A program made the position numbers and the translations under genes. A stretch of DNA of 64,000 nt. Origin: Escherichia phage L14. The notes beneath the pieces were generated by a model. It did no database searches. It was not told the DNA's origin and worked only from the letters and a program-made list of their open reading frames with translations. The first letter of the stretch is position 1, and each line of letters begins with the position of its first letter. The DNA lies in sequence record OQ992558.1; one strand, 5' to 3'. Positions 1 to 9,350 of the stretch are shown here, piece by piece.

Positions 1-642
1 ATTTTCTAAAGCAATAGAAGCAGCAACAGCAACAGCTTTAGGAACAGCATTACCTGTTTTAACATCTACATAAACATCACCAACCTTTGATTCAACTTTT
101 GTGAATAACTCAGTTGAAATAGGAGGTACACCTGGAATGTCTTCTAAATTGGCATTTTTACGATAAACCATAATATATGCGTACTTTTTATCATAATCCC
201 AGATTTCCTTTAAAAGAACATATCGACCTGCTCCTTTAGTACGTACTAAACGGTCAGCAATAACTTGCATTTGACGAGCAGCGCCATTTGTTTTACTCTT
301 TAGTACGCGGAATAAGCATGCATCAATTTTATACTGTTTCATTGTTTGAAGAGCAGTATCAAAAACCGCATTAATGACACCAATTGGATTTCCACCCAAG
401 TTTTTAAGTTTAACTAATGATAGTTTCTCATTAACACCTATCATTACGATATGCATCATTTTATCGCCTGGCTTAACGTTTTTATTTGTATCACCGCCAG
501 AGGTGTATGTACAAAATCTAAATCCAGGAAGCACGCTTTCTTCACCGGCTTGAATAGCAAAAATTTGAGGTATTTTATGCTTAGGATTTAAGTTAACAAC
601 CGGCGCCGAAGCGCCGTCAAATAATTCTGTAATAAGTTCCAT
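1..642 (-). CDS. Alt-like ADP-ribosyltransferase paralog, N-terminal part only (gene runs off the window edge)
   Basis: Minus-strand ATG at 640-642 preceded by AAGGA; my translation (MELITELFDGASAPVVNLNPKHKIPQIF...) is open to position 1 and clearly homologous to the N-terminus of the adjacent alt ORF. Confidence 0.7.
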   Translation of the reverse strand, partial: MELITELFDGASAPVVNLNPKHKIPQIFAIQAGEESVLPGFRFCTYTSGGDTNKNVKPGDKMMHIVMIGVNEKLSLVKLKNLGGNPIGVINAVFDTALQTMKQYKIDACLFRVLKSKTNGAARQMQVIADRLVRTKGAGRYVLLKEIWDYDKKYAYIMVYRKNANLEDIPGVPPISTELFTKVESKVGDVYVDVKTGNAVPKAVAVAASIALEN

Positions 643-645
643 GAT

Positions 646-2739
646 TTATCCTTGAATGAACTTGTAAGGCATGTTTGCAATATCTATGCAAGATGCAATA
701 ATTCCAAGAGATGATTCTACTTTTTGTTTAACATTTGATGAAACAAATGATGCAAAGTCAACTCTGTCTTCTATTTCAATATCACCTGTCATTGCAACTA
801 CTTCACCAGTTTCCATTAGACGGTCACCGTCATAAATTACTGATTCAGTGAGTTCTTCCGTAGTCATAACTTCAGCTTGAATGAGTTTTGTATTATTAGA
901 TGTTGTTCCGTCATTATTAGAAGCATCAGTTATTTTATTAACTTTGACCATCAATCCGCGTGGTAGAATAACTTCAGCTTCTGTTGCTATTCCGAGGCTT
1001 CCTGGATATACAACATTAACTTTATGAGCTCCATCAATTGCCCATCCTATTTGAACTTTAACGTATTCGGGATTTTCTTTATACGCTCTTATTTCGTTTG
1101 AATTAATAGTTATTCCTTCTTCATTTTTATCAACTGTCAATTCATTACGAGCTTCTGGTTCTAAAAGACCAATACCAGCATGTGTAATTCCAAAACGTCC
1201 AAAAATGATAGGAGTTAAAGAAGTAGATACAAAATTTCTGAAATAGAACACTTTATTTTTAACTAGTGCTTCGTATATAGGAGCAGTCATGCTTTGAGCA
1301 CGATAAACTGTAATGCCTTCTGGTATACGGTCACCATTTTCAAAGGCTGAATCTAAATTATTTATCGCAGATTCAATTTCTTTTTCACTCATTACCTCAT
1401 ATCGTTCTGGATTGTAGCGACCTAAAAGAAGATTATTGATGTCAGTATATCCTGAACCACAATACTCTCTGATGCCGCGCTTTTGTGATGGAGTATATTT
1501 AGAACCATCACGAGCAATAGTAATATCAATCATTGGACCTGCACCAATTCCAGAAAAACTATAAATCATTCTTTTGAGGAATTTAGTTTTTGCTGCGTTC
1601 CAGGAATTTTTAGTTATTTCTTCCCAGACTTCATCTGTCTGTCCTTTACGAGTTTTATTATGTTTATCAAGCCAGTTATCTTTATATTCTTCAAATAATT
1701 GATTAACAGCTGCTGCGTATTTCTCTAAACATTTTATTGAAGTAGTTGGTTCATTTTTAATCGCATTAAGAATTACATCTTTAATTTTTTCAGAAACTTC
1801 ATTAACCTCACTTTTTGAAAAGAATTTATAGTCATAATGAAGTTCATCTGCAGTTCCTTCAGCAATAATTTTTGCTGCCTTAGTTTTAGAAGCTAATGAA
1901 TTAATTCCAAGCTTCATTTCTTCTGCTTCGGGAATTAAAGGAGCTGTAGCAGGTTTATTGAAATTAGCTGCGGTAGATTCATACTTCTGGAATAATTCAC
2001 TTTCAAATCTAGAAGATTCTAATGACTGACTTTGTGCAATTGCTCTACGGGAAATTTTAACTTTAACGATTACAGCTTGATCAGAACGTTTATCGTTTTC
2101 TTGCGCAATAGATGCTGCAATTGCCTCATTTTTAGTTACTTGAGCTCCAGTATCTTTATTGATATAAACATCACCGACCTTCGATTCAACTTTAGTAAAG
2201 AGCTCGGTACTAATTTCCGGAACTCCTGGAATGTCTTCTAGTGATACATTTTTGCGATGTATAAGAATATATGCATACTTTTTATCATAATCCCAGAGTT
2301 CCTTAAGAAGGACGTATCTGCCACCTGAACGACTACGGATAAGTCTATCAGCAATAACTTGAATTTGTCGAGCTTGACCAGCGGTTTTAGACTTAAGAAT
2401 ACGAAGCATACAAGCATCAATTTTATACTGACGCATTGTTTGCATTGCAACAGTAAAAACTGAATTGATATAATTAATTGGGCTTGGACCAAGACCTTTT
2501 AATTTAGCAATTGAACCTTTAGCAGTTAATGTAAAAGGAACAATATGCATCATTTTATCGCCCATTTTTAAATCGCGATTAGTATCACCTCCAGATGTAT
2601 AGGTACATAAACGAAAGCCTGGTTGTTCAATTGCATCATCAACATGAACTGAAAAAATTTGCGGTATTTTCTTCTTTGGATTTAAGTTTGTAATCGGAAG
2701 AGTAGTATCTTCGTCAAATAATTCTGTAATAAGTTCCAT
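646..2739 (-). CDS. alt: Alt ADP-ribosyltransferase (packaged internal head protein)
   Basis: 698-aa ORF recognised as T4 Alt; start moved to second ATG (MELITELF) which has GAGG at 5-nt spacing. Confidence 0.85.
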   Translation of the reverse strand: MELITELFDEDTTLPITNLNPKKKIPQIFSVHVDDAIEQPGFRLCTYTSGGDTNRDLKMGDKMMHIVPFTLTAKGSIAKLKGLGPSPINYINSVFTVAMQTMRQYKIDACMLRILKSKTAGQARQIQVIADRLIRSRSGGRYVLLKELWDYDKKYAYILIHRKNVSLEDIPGVPEISTELFTKVESKVGDVYINKDTGAQVTKNEAIAASIAQENDKRSDQAVIVKVKISRRAIAQSQSLESSRFESELFQKYESTAANFNKPATAPLIPEAEEMKLGINSLASKTKAAKIIAEGTADELHYDYKFFSKSEVNEVSEKIKDVILNAIKNEPTTSIKCLEKYAAAVNQLFEEYKDNWLDKHNKTRKGQTDEVWEEITKNSWNAAKTKFLKRMIYSFSGIGAGPMIDITIARDGSKYTPSQKRGIREYCGSGYTDINNLLLGRYNPERYEVMSEKEIESAINNLDSAFENGDRIPEGITVYRAQSMTAPIYEALVKNKVFYFRNFVSTSLTPIIFGRFGITHAGIGLLEPEARNELTVDKNEEGITINSNEIRAYKENPEYVKVQIGWAIDGAHKVNVVYPGSLGIATEAEVILPRGLMVKVNKITDASNNDGTTSNNTKLIQAEVMTTEELTESVIYDGDRLMETGEVVAMTGDIEIEDRVDFASFVSSNVKQKVESSLGIIASCIDIANMPYKFIQG

Positions 2740-2763
2740 CATAGCCTCTCTAGTGTTTATTCT

Positions 2764-2771
2764 ATTTATAA
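2764..2771 (-). promoter_or_regulatory. T4-type late promoter (TATAAATA) upstream of alt
   Basis: Exact TATAAATA on minus strand about 24 nt upstream of alt ATG; Alt is a virion protein so late expression is expected. Confidence 0.5.
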
Positions 2772-2791
2772 AATTAAAGGCCCGAAGGCCT

Positions 2792-2980
2792 TTAGTAATC
2801 TAGTGGTAAGAGAGTACGATATATTTCAAACTTTGGTCCTTTTTCATAGGCATCAAATGTTTCTGTAAATTTATTATAAGCGTATGCATCTACAAATTCG
2901 AGAATGACTTGTGATACAGAAGTAGAAACATCTCCACCTTCTTTTTGAGCAATGACAATTGTTTCTAAGTAAGCTTTCAT
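2792..2980 (-). CDS. hypothetical protein (62 aa) between ligase and alt
   Basis: ORF on coding strand, start overlaps ligase stop; followed by C(UUCG)G hairpin. Confidence 0.55.
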   Translation of the reverse strand: MKAYLETIVIAQKEGGDVSTSVSQVILEFVDAYAYNKFTETFDAYEKGPKFEIYRTLLPLDY

Positions 2981-4440
2981 AGACCAGTTACCTCATGAAA
3001 ATCACCAAATACATCCTCGAATGTATTAGCTTTAGTTTTATCTTCACGTAAACGAATCGCAATCGGAAGAAATAATTTAACGTAATCAGTGCGGCCATCA
3101 GATTTTAACCAACCGTTGCATTCGCACTCTAGAATTTTTCCAATATAATAATTTTGGTTTTCCATAATGCGAGTACGGTCAAGTTCATGCGATTTTACAC
3201 CGGCTTTATCTTTTAAGCCTGAACCAGCATTTACTTTAATTTTTCCACACTCTGACTCAAGAATAAATCCACCTGCTTTAGTAGGGTCTTTACGGTGAGG
3301 ATAAATTCCTACAATTTTTAAATCAACATCAATTACTTCTTTAAATTTATAGAGATTTTTTGAACGAGCATTTTCCCATAATCCATCGATATTTTTGAGA
3401 ATAATACCTTCAAGACCTTGGTCAATATACTTTTTATAAATTACCTTAGCTTCATCTAGGTTATTTACTACCTGGTTTTCAATTAAAATTACTTTATCAT
3501 ATCCCGATGTCATTTGTTCTAGTTTAGAAAAACGTACATCATATTTTAAACGAAACGCTGGAAGACCGTATATTTCTACCAACGGGACATAATCCCAGAC
3601 CTGAAACTTCATACATTGAGCTTCTTTTTCAGAAATGGTTCCCTTTAAAGATTTATTGGCGATGCCATTAGATGCAGTACGTGATTCAGCTACTTCGGCG
3701 AATTCTTTAGCTTTACTGTTTTCAGGATAAGCATCAAAAAGAAAATCTAGGCCTTCTGGCTCCTTTTCAACTTGCTCATGGTATACCAATTCGCCATCAA
3801 TTAACACGCCTTCTGGATGAATCTGGCGGGCTTCAGCGGTCATTTTGATTAATTCTTCCTTAAGAAGATCTAATCCTAGATATTCATTACCAGCTCGTGA
3901 TAAAAGACGAACGTCATCTAATTCATCACCTCTGACTTCGGCAAAGCACCGAGCTCCATCTGCTTTTAACTGGGCAAAGGCTGGAAATTTGATATTCTTA
4001 TTAATGCCTTTTTCATCATAAGAACTTGCGAGCATTTGAGGTTGTTCAGGAATTAAACCTGGCCAAACTTTGTTTGCAATAGATACTGAAGCACCACATT
4101 CAAGGTCTCGCATCATCACTCGACGCAAAACTTCAACATCATCTTTTTTACCGTCAGTAATATAACCTACTAATTCCTCAATTGCCGCATTTCCGGTCAA
4201 TTTTCGAGTAGCTAATGTAAATTCAATGAAGTCAAGCATATCAGTAATAGTCAGCATTCCAAAACTCTGGGTAGCAATACCAGGTTTAGGCCATTTCTTG
4301 ATATAATACTGTAACCCACGAGAATAAGTCAGACGATATACTCGTTTAAGCAATTCATTATCTTTATTCTTTTCAAGAATTGCTTGCTTCTGCTTAGTTG
4401 AACCAATAGATGCTATTTCGTTCAGAATTTTAAGAATCAT
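2977..4440 (-). CDS. 30: ATP-dependent DNA ligase
   Basis: 487 aa, recognised as T4 gp30; adenylation motif KADGAR. Confidence 0.93.
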   Translation of the reverse strand: MILKILNEIASIGSTKQKQAILEKNKDNELLKRVYRLTYSRGLQYYIKKWPKPGIATQSFGMLTITDMLDFIEFTLATRKLTGNAAIEELVGYITDGKKDDVEVLRRVMMRDLECGASVSIANKVWPGLIPEQPQMLASSYDEKGINKNIKFPAFAQLKADGARCFAEVRGDELDDVRLLSRAGNEYLGLDLLKEELIKMTAEARQIHPEGVLIDGELVYHEQVEKEPEGLDFLFDAYPENSKAKEFAEVAESRTASNGIANKSLKGTISEKEAQCMKFQVWDYVPLVEIYGLPAFRLKYDVRFSKLEQMTSGYDKVILIENQVVNNLDEAKVIYKKYIDQGLEGIILKNIDGLWENARSKNLYKFKEVIDVDLKIVGIYPHRKDPTKAGGFILESECGKIKVNAGSGLKDKAGVKSHELDRTRIMENQNYYIGKILECECNGWLKSDGRTDYVKLFLPIAIRLREDKTKANTFEDVFGDFHEVTGL

Positions 4441-4706
4441 TGTTCATCCTTTAGAGTTTGGTTTACAGCTCTATTATAAATCAATTCATCATTAAGCTCA
4501 GTCAAAGACCTGTGGTACGTGGTTCTAACTTTATTTCCTTGCATCCAGTGCTTGACGTAAATGAAACCTTGCTCTACGCATTTTTTAAAAATTCGTTCGT
4601 CTTTTTGAGCTCGGAATTCTGGATTGCATCTAAAAAATTGATTTACGTGACCGTAATCACGTGTAGTATTACCTTCATTTTCATAAATAGTGTGAACAAC
4701 AAACAT
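4437..4706 (-). CDS. hypothetical protein (30.1 position)
   Basis: 89-aa ORF, coding strand, stop overlaps ligase start. Confidence 0.6.
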   Translation of the reverse strand: MFVVHTIYENEGNTTRDYGHVNQFFRCNPEFRAQKDERIFKKCVEQGFIYVKHWMQGNKVRTTYHRSLTELNDELIYNRAVNQTLKDEQ

Positions 4707-5542
4707 TAGAATGCTCCTTGGAAAATATTATTAGCACCAGTAGGTCTATTATACAAATACTCTATGCCACCGGGTTTAATATAGTTCCATGTCTGAAACG
4801 GATGCGTCTGATATGGATGATATGGATTATAAGGATTAAATCCAGGAGTTCTCCAGGTAGTGTTCCAAGGAAAAGAATCGTTTTTGATCATCTTCTCAAT
4901 TACATCTTTTATAACTTTTTCACTATCAAAACTTTCTTTATTTTCCTTCGATGGAAAAAGCTTATTCTCTACATCATTCCATGTATAAACTCGCTGAGCA
5001 GTTTTTGGAATATTGTCACGCTCTCCTCGAGCCATCCAATAAACAGGAACATTTAATATTTCACTCGCATGATCGCAATGGTGAGCGAGATCGTCAATAT
5101 AACAAATCACGTTATATTTCTCTTTTGCCTTTTTAAACAACTCTTCTTTTGAAGAATCATGACCACACATCAGTACTTCTGAGAAGGCACCAGGAAAAAG
5201 AGCGTTTAAATTAAATTGACGATTCAGCAGAGCGTCAATAGAATCACCCAATGCTGTAACAGCTACAAAATTATAATCTTCTTTTAATTTGTTAATTACA
5301 CACAGGGCATCTTTATATGGAGACAAGTAACGAATAAAATCTGAACGATTGTATTTTTCAATTAGCTTGACGCCAAGTTCTTCGTCACAATTAAAGAGTT
5401 TACCTGGAGAAATAAATTTCTCATCCTGGATCATTTTTAAAATATGTTCTAACGGAAGATTATATTTCTGAGCAAAATAAGGAAGACCTGATTGCCAGCT
5501 TAAACATACTCCATCAATATCAGTTAAAATAGTAGGCTTCAT
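4706..5542 (-). CDS. HAD-like hydrolase family protein (30.2 position)
   Basis: 278 aa; N-terminal DIDGV motif typical of HAD phosphatases/nucleotidases. Confidence 0.65.
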   Translation of the reverse strand: MKPTILTDIDGVCLSWQSGLPYFAQKYNLPLEHILKMIQDEKFISPGKLFNCDEELGVKLIEKYNRSDFIRYLSPYKDALCVINKLKEDYNFVAVTALGDSIDALLNRQFNLNALFPGAFSEVLMCGHDSSKEELFKKAKEKYNVICYIDDLAHHCDHASEILNVPVYWMARGERDNIPKTAQRVYTWNDVENKLFPSKENKESFDSEKVIKDVIEKMIKNDSFPWNTTWRTPGFNPYNPYHPYQTHPFQTWNYIKPGGIEYLYNRPTGANNIFQGAF

Positions 5543-6003
5543 AGAGAGTCTCTTAATAGGTTTAACACATCAATAAATTCAGCTTCGGTTAGTATTGTAT
5601 CATCTTTTGTTAGACCACTAGCCATGCTGTGCTTCAAAACTTTTCCTTTCGAGGCTTGTAATGCATCACGAAAGCCCTTGTTTTGAATCGCTGCTTCAAA
5701 ATATGCATTTGTGTATAATTCTTTCCACGCCGGGGAGTATCTTGAAAATGGAACTCCAAGCCAGAAGAGGGTCCCACGGTCCTGAGCTCTAGCATAAGAC
5801 CTTCCAGCTTGTTGAGCGGCAAGCCCGGATAACCCAAATATACGACGTTGTTGTTCAACGTTTTTCACCTTGCATCCTTGGAGGAATCCTTCAAGACCTC
5901 CAAATTGAATACCATCCATAACGAAAGGCCAATGGGCGAAATTACTTAATGCACATGATGGCCACCTAAAATTACTTCTAATCTCTAACTCAGACATTTT
6001 CAA
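5539..6003 (-). CDS. putative NADAR (DUF1768)-like protein (30.3 position)
   Basis: 154 aa; resembles what I recall of T4 gp30.3 / YbiA-like family; family assignment from memory only. Confidence 0.55.
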   Translation of the reverse strand: MKMSELEIRSNFRWPSCALSNFAHWPFVMDGIQFGGLEGFLQGCKVKNVEQQRRIFGLSGLAAQQAGRSYARAQDRGTLFWLGVPFSRYSPAWKELYTNAYFEAAIQNKGFRDALQASKGKVLKHSMASGLTKDDTILTEAEFIDVLNLLRDSL

Positions 6004-6196
6004 TGCTTATAATTTCAACATCAGCCCAATGACCATAGTTTGGTAGACGAAATTCAACTGGCCAGTCACTGCCTTTTTCTAATATAATAGACTCAATTTG
6101 TGGTTCTTCATGTTCATCGGTATATGGATTTTTATCTGTTACTTTATATGTGACCTTAATGTACTGAATTCCAAAAATCTTATTAATTATATTCAT
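5990..6196 (-). CDS. hypothetical protein (68 aa)
   Basis: coding-strand ORF in tightly packed 30.x array. Confidence 0.5.
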   Translation of the reverse strand: MNIINKIFGIQYIKVTYKVTDKNPYTDEHEEPQIESIILEKGSDWPVEFRLPNYGHWADVEIISIENV

Positions 6197-6390
6197 ACTA
6201 ATTCCTTTAATCCGTAGATAGGAGATAATTCATCGCCCATACGAAGGTCTTCATTTCCATCTACCCAAGAAACAATATAAGCCTCTTTTATTTGAATACC
6301 ACTCCATTTAAACGAAGGTAGAACCTTAGAAATTAATCCAGGTATATCAACTCCCTTTAATTCAACGGTTTGATCTAAAAAGAATTTCAT
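6193..6390 (-). CDS. hypothetical protein (65 aa)
   Basis: coding-strand ORF, overlapping stop/start with neighbours. Confidence 0.5.
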   Translation of the reverse strand: MKFFLDQTVELKGVDIPGLISKVLPSFKWSGIQIKEAYIVSWVDGNEDLRMGDELSPIYGLKELV

Positions 6391-6677
6391 TAGAACCTCA
6401 TCTGAAAACCATGCGATTTAACATTACCTCCACCAATATCAGAAATATTAATTTCGCGCGCAATTGAAGGGTCAATGTCAATTTCACGATTGAGTTTAGT
6501 GATAGCTAAAGTATCGCGCCCATTTACAGTACGAAACTCTAAAGGACAAACCACATCAACGTAGTTTTTAATCGATTCGCTAGTAGGCTGCAAATGTGCA
6601 GGAAGGTCTTTAGGCGCCTTTGAGAAAACTACTTCGCAGAAGTTTTTACGAGTATCAAAATAAGTGGTCATAAACAT
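6390..6677 (-). CDS. hypothetical protein (95 aa)
   Basis: coding-strand ORF; GAGGAAA RBS; preceded by GGGGC-UUCG-GCCCC hairpin. Confidence 0.55.
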   Translation of the reverse strand: MFMTTYFDTRKNFCEVVFSKAPKDLPAHLQPTSESIKNYVDVVCPLEFRTVNGRDTLAITKLNREIDIDPSIAREINISDIGGGNVKSHGFQMRF

Positions 6678-6716
6678 AATATTTTCCTCAGTAAGGGGCC
6701 GAAGCCCCTTTTTATT

Positions 6717-7082
6717 TTAAATATCAAATTCGTTAAGAACTACATCAAAGATTGCTTCAAGATGCTCAGGTTTAGCTCTATTACTCAGAATATGACGAAT
6801 CCAAGTTTTAACCAGAAGCTTACGATTAACACCATTCCAGCAAGGATGAGTCCCTAAATCACGTTGACGAAAATCATCATCTAATGCGATTTTAAAAGAA
6901 GAACCTTCTTTCGTGATTGAAACTGTAATACCGTTTTCAAATCGCATATAAACGTAATTAGGAGTCATATACTGTTCAATTTCGCATACTGATCCATTTT
7001 GATGTTTCCAAAGGCAGATAGTATCAATAGAACCTGCAATACCATTAGAAACATATTTACGCTCAAAGTTGATGTAGTTCAT
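6717..7082 (-). CDS. hypothetical protein (121 aa)
   Basis: coding-strand ORF with RBS. Confidence 0.6.
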   Translation of the reverse strand: MNYINFERKYVSNGIAGSIDTICLWKHQNGSVCEIEQYMTPNYVYMRFENGITVSITKEGSSFKIALDDDFRQRDLGTHPCWNGVNRKLLVKTWIRHILSNRAKPEHLEAIFDVVLNEFDI

Positions 7083-7150
7083 TTTTATTCTCCGAGATGT
7101 TTAATTGCGGTACAGGTATATAATATCATATCCTGTACCAAAGTAAACAA

Positions 7151-7483
7151 TTATTTTACTACTTTCCAGTGTTGCATGTCAAGTTTACCGACTTTTTTCA
7201 TCTTCTCAATTAAGCGTTCGGCACGTTGGCGAGCTGTAACATAATGCCATTCGCCTAATTCATTTTGTTCAATTTTTCCAACGATTACTGTATTCAATTC
7301 ATAAATCCAACCAGTAAAGAAATTATGAACTTGAATTGTAAAGGTGAAATCTGTTCCCATACCTTCTGTTGTTTCTACTTCAATAATATCACCTTCAACT
7401 GCCATTAAGAACCACATAGTTTCATCATATTTACCATTGAAGCATTTAGTTTTAACTGCAGCGTTCAGATTAATCGTTTTCAT
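7151..7483 (-). CDS. hypothetical protein (110 aa)
   Basis: coding-strand ORF; GGAG RBS; early promoter immediately upstream. Confidence 0.6.
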   Translation of the reverse strand: MKTINLNAAVKTKCFNGKYDETMWFLMAVEGDIIEVETTEGMGTDFTFTIQVHNFFTGWIYELNTVIVGKIEQNELGEWHYVTARQRAERLIEKMKKVGKLDMQHWKVVK

Positions 7484-7510
7484 TTTATTCTCCTTTGTTT
7501 GTGTAAGATA

Positions 7511-7540
7511 ATACTATCACAAAGGAACCATACTGTAAAC
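7511..7540 (-). promoter_or_regulatory. T4-type early promoter (GTTTAC -35, TAGTAT -10)
   Basis: minus strand reads GTTTAC-18nt-TAGTAT just upstream of ORF 7151..7483. Confidence 0.5.
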
Positions 7541-7560
7541 AACTTTGTGCAATCTTTGGA

Positions 7561-7588
7561 AAATAAAAAAGGACTCCCGAAGGAGTCC
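7561..7588 (-). terminator. rho-independent terminator, GGACUCC-UUCG-GGAGUCC stem-loop plus U-run
   Basis: perfect 7-bp stem with UUCG tetraloop followed by UUUUUUAUUU on minus strand, directly after ORF 7594..7770. Confidence 0.7.
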
Positions 7589-7593
7589 TCAAC

Positions 7594-7770
7594 TTATGCT
7601 TTCTGCTTACCAAAACGAGAAGCATCATCTCGAAGAACCGCACGTGCTCGGCGCATGATCTTCTCAACAGTTTGATTGATACGAGAGTTCGACCCACGCT
7701 TGTAGCCAGCGCGTTTAGAATCACCAACTTTCTTTTCAACTGCTTTCTTTGCTTTAACTTGTTTTGCCAT
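7594..7770 (-). CDS. small basic protein (58 aa, 30.9 position)
   Basis: ORF track gives 72 aa; I chose internal ATG (MAKQVKAKK...); lysine/arginine rich; ends just before a strong terminator. Confidence 0.5.
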   Translation of the reverse strand: MAKQVKAKKAVEKKVGDSKRAGYKRGSNSRINQTVEKIMRRARAVLRDDASRFGKQKA

Positions 7771-8016
7771 TATAAATTCTCTTTTAAATGAAAATGCAGG
7801 ACTTATTGGCATTGCCTGCGCAAGCCCTCAAGGGGAACATAGGTTTTTGGATATTTAACGACCAGGATAACCATAAACCCGTCATCATTCACATTCAAGA
7901 GGTACACCGTAAAAACTGCCGGGGTCTTAAAACTATAATGATTCGCAAATCATTAATCAGACAATTTCGACGGCTCCTCGATTTTAGCTCACACTAAGGC
8001 AGTGAATCTCCATAAA

Positions 8017-8265
8017 TTACTTCAATGTTACCACAAAGTGACGAACTGCTTTTCGTGCAGCAGAAGCCAGAGGCTTAGCATATTTAAGTTCATCTTTTTC
8101 CTGAAGCTCAGCAGCTAGTGCAGTTTGAGCAGGATTCAGATGTTTGAAATAACGCAGGATTTCAAGAGCTTCGGCTTCAACATCAATAGATGCGCCATAG
8201 TTTTCGTGACCATTATTCCATGCGTTTCGTTGCAGTTCAAGAGCGTGTTGTAATTGTTTAATCAT
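8017..8265 (-). CDS. rIII: lysis inhibition accessory protein rIII
   Basis: 82 aa, size and position between 31 and the 30.x block match T4 rIII; sequence recognised from memory. Confidence 0.75.
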   Translation of the reverse strand: MIKQLQHALELQRNAWNNGHENYGASIDVEAEALEILRYFKHLNPAQTALAAELQEKDELKYAKPLASAARKAVRHFVVTLK

Positions 8266-8412
8266 TTAAAAATTCTCGTTAGAGATTAAAACTCGGTAGT
8301 CACGTTCTTCTGAATTTCATCTTCTTTCGACAGATCTCTCAGTTGTAGACTACCACATAGAATTGTTCGGTTAACTTATTATTCCGACACCCAATTCATA
8401 TTATTATTTATA

Positions 8413-8748
8413 TCACTTATAAAGACACGGAATAGCTTTATAGTGACAGGTAACGAATTTTTGTTTAATTTCTTTTGGCTGCTTAAGACCCAGAGCTACA
8501 AGAGGATGCGGAACGTTTCGAATTTGACCAACTGGAAGAGAAGTCAAATCACCAACTTCGCAGAAACCTTCAGGAACATCAGGACCAACAGAGTGAATTA
8601 CACACAGTTCAGGAACTTCACCTTGAACACGTTTACCGATAATAAGTCCTGATTCTGTAACTTCTTCATCACCAGCCTGTGCAGGTTCAGAAACTAAAAT
8701 AACATATTCACCGACAGCACGAATTGGCAGCTGTTGTACTTCAGACAT
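8413..8748 (-). CDS. 31: co-chaperonin (GroES analogue) for capsid folding
   Basis: 111 aa, recognised as T4 gp31. Confidence 0.9.
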   Translation of the reverse strand: MSEVQQLPIRAVGEYVILVSEPAQAGDEEVTESGLIIGKRVQGEVPELCVIHSVGPDVPEGFCEVGDLTSLPVGQIRNVPHPLVALGLKQPKEIKQKFVTCHYKAIPCLYK

Positions 8749-8804
8749 CGTTTTTCCTTTTTGTTAACAGATGAATTAATAATAACAAATAATTCTTAAA
8801 GCAT

Positions 8805-9113
8805 TTATTTACCAATAAATTGGAGTAAATGCTCAACTTTCATACCATTAACGGAAATCAATTTGTCAATAGAAAAACCTCGCCATGCACCAAGCTCAAC
8901 ATCAAATACTGGAATCATGTCAGTAGATTCTTTCCGAGTAGATTCAGTCAATTTGTCAGTTTGTATGGTTGGCATAAAGTCTGCATCACGAGTACCTTTC
9001 ATGGTACGAATAGTACCATCAGACTTTTCAAAAACTACGTTTGAAATACCCATGGACAATTTAGTTTTCAAAATTTCACGAATTGCTACTTTTTGTTCAG
9101 TCGTCAGTTTCAT
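8805..9113 (-). CDS. hypothetical protein (31.1 position)
   Basis: 102-aa coding-strand ORF. Confidence 0.55.
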   Translation of the reverse strand: MKLTTEQKVAIREILKTKLSMGISNVVFEKSDGTIRTMKGTRDADFMPTIQTDKLTESTRKESTDMIPVFDVELGAWRGFSIDKLISVNGMKVEHLLQFIGK

Positions 9114-9350
9114 TTATTTACCTATTACAGTTTTAATATGAGTTGTTCCACGTTCTTTAAGAGTGGAAAGTAATTTTTGGCATTTTTCTAAATCAGATTT
9201 CCAACTATGTGGTCTATCAATACAAACCCAGTTTGACTTATAATACTGCTTCCATTTAGAGAAAAAATACTTCTTATACTCTACAGCAAATGAAATGTTC
9301 TCGTTGGAATAAGAACTAATTGCTGTGAGTTGTACCAAACGAAATTTCAT
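9114..9350 (-). CDS. hypothetical protein (31.2 position)
   Basis: 78-aa coding-strand ORF, abuts cd. Confidence 0.55.
   Translation of the reverse strand: MKFRLVQLTAISSYSNENISFAVEYKKYFFSKWKQYYKSNWVCIDRPHSWKSDLEKCQKLLSTLKERGTTHIKTVIGK

Noticed and set aside
7485-7739. 84-aa minus-strand ORF overlapping the small basic-protein gene in another frame
   Set aside because: It runs through the terminator hairpin at 7561-7588 and an early promoter, and has no RBS; the overlapping 7594..7770 frame ends neatly before the terminator.
7788-7997. 69-aa plus-strand ORF in the rIII / 30.9 intergenic island
   Set aside because: No Shine-Dalgarno, wrong strand for the block, and the reading frame looks like a by-product of GC-rich non-coding sequence; the region is reported as a possible structured RNA instead.
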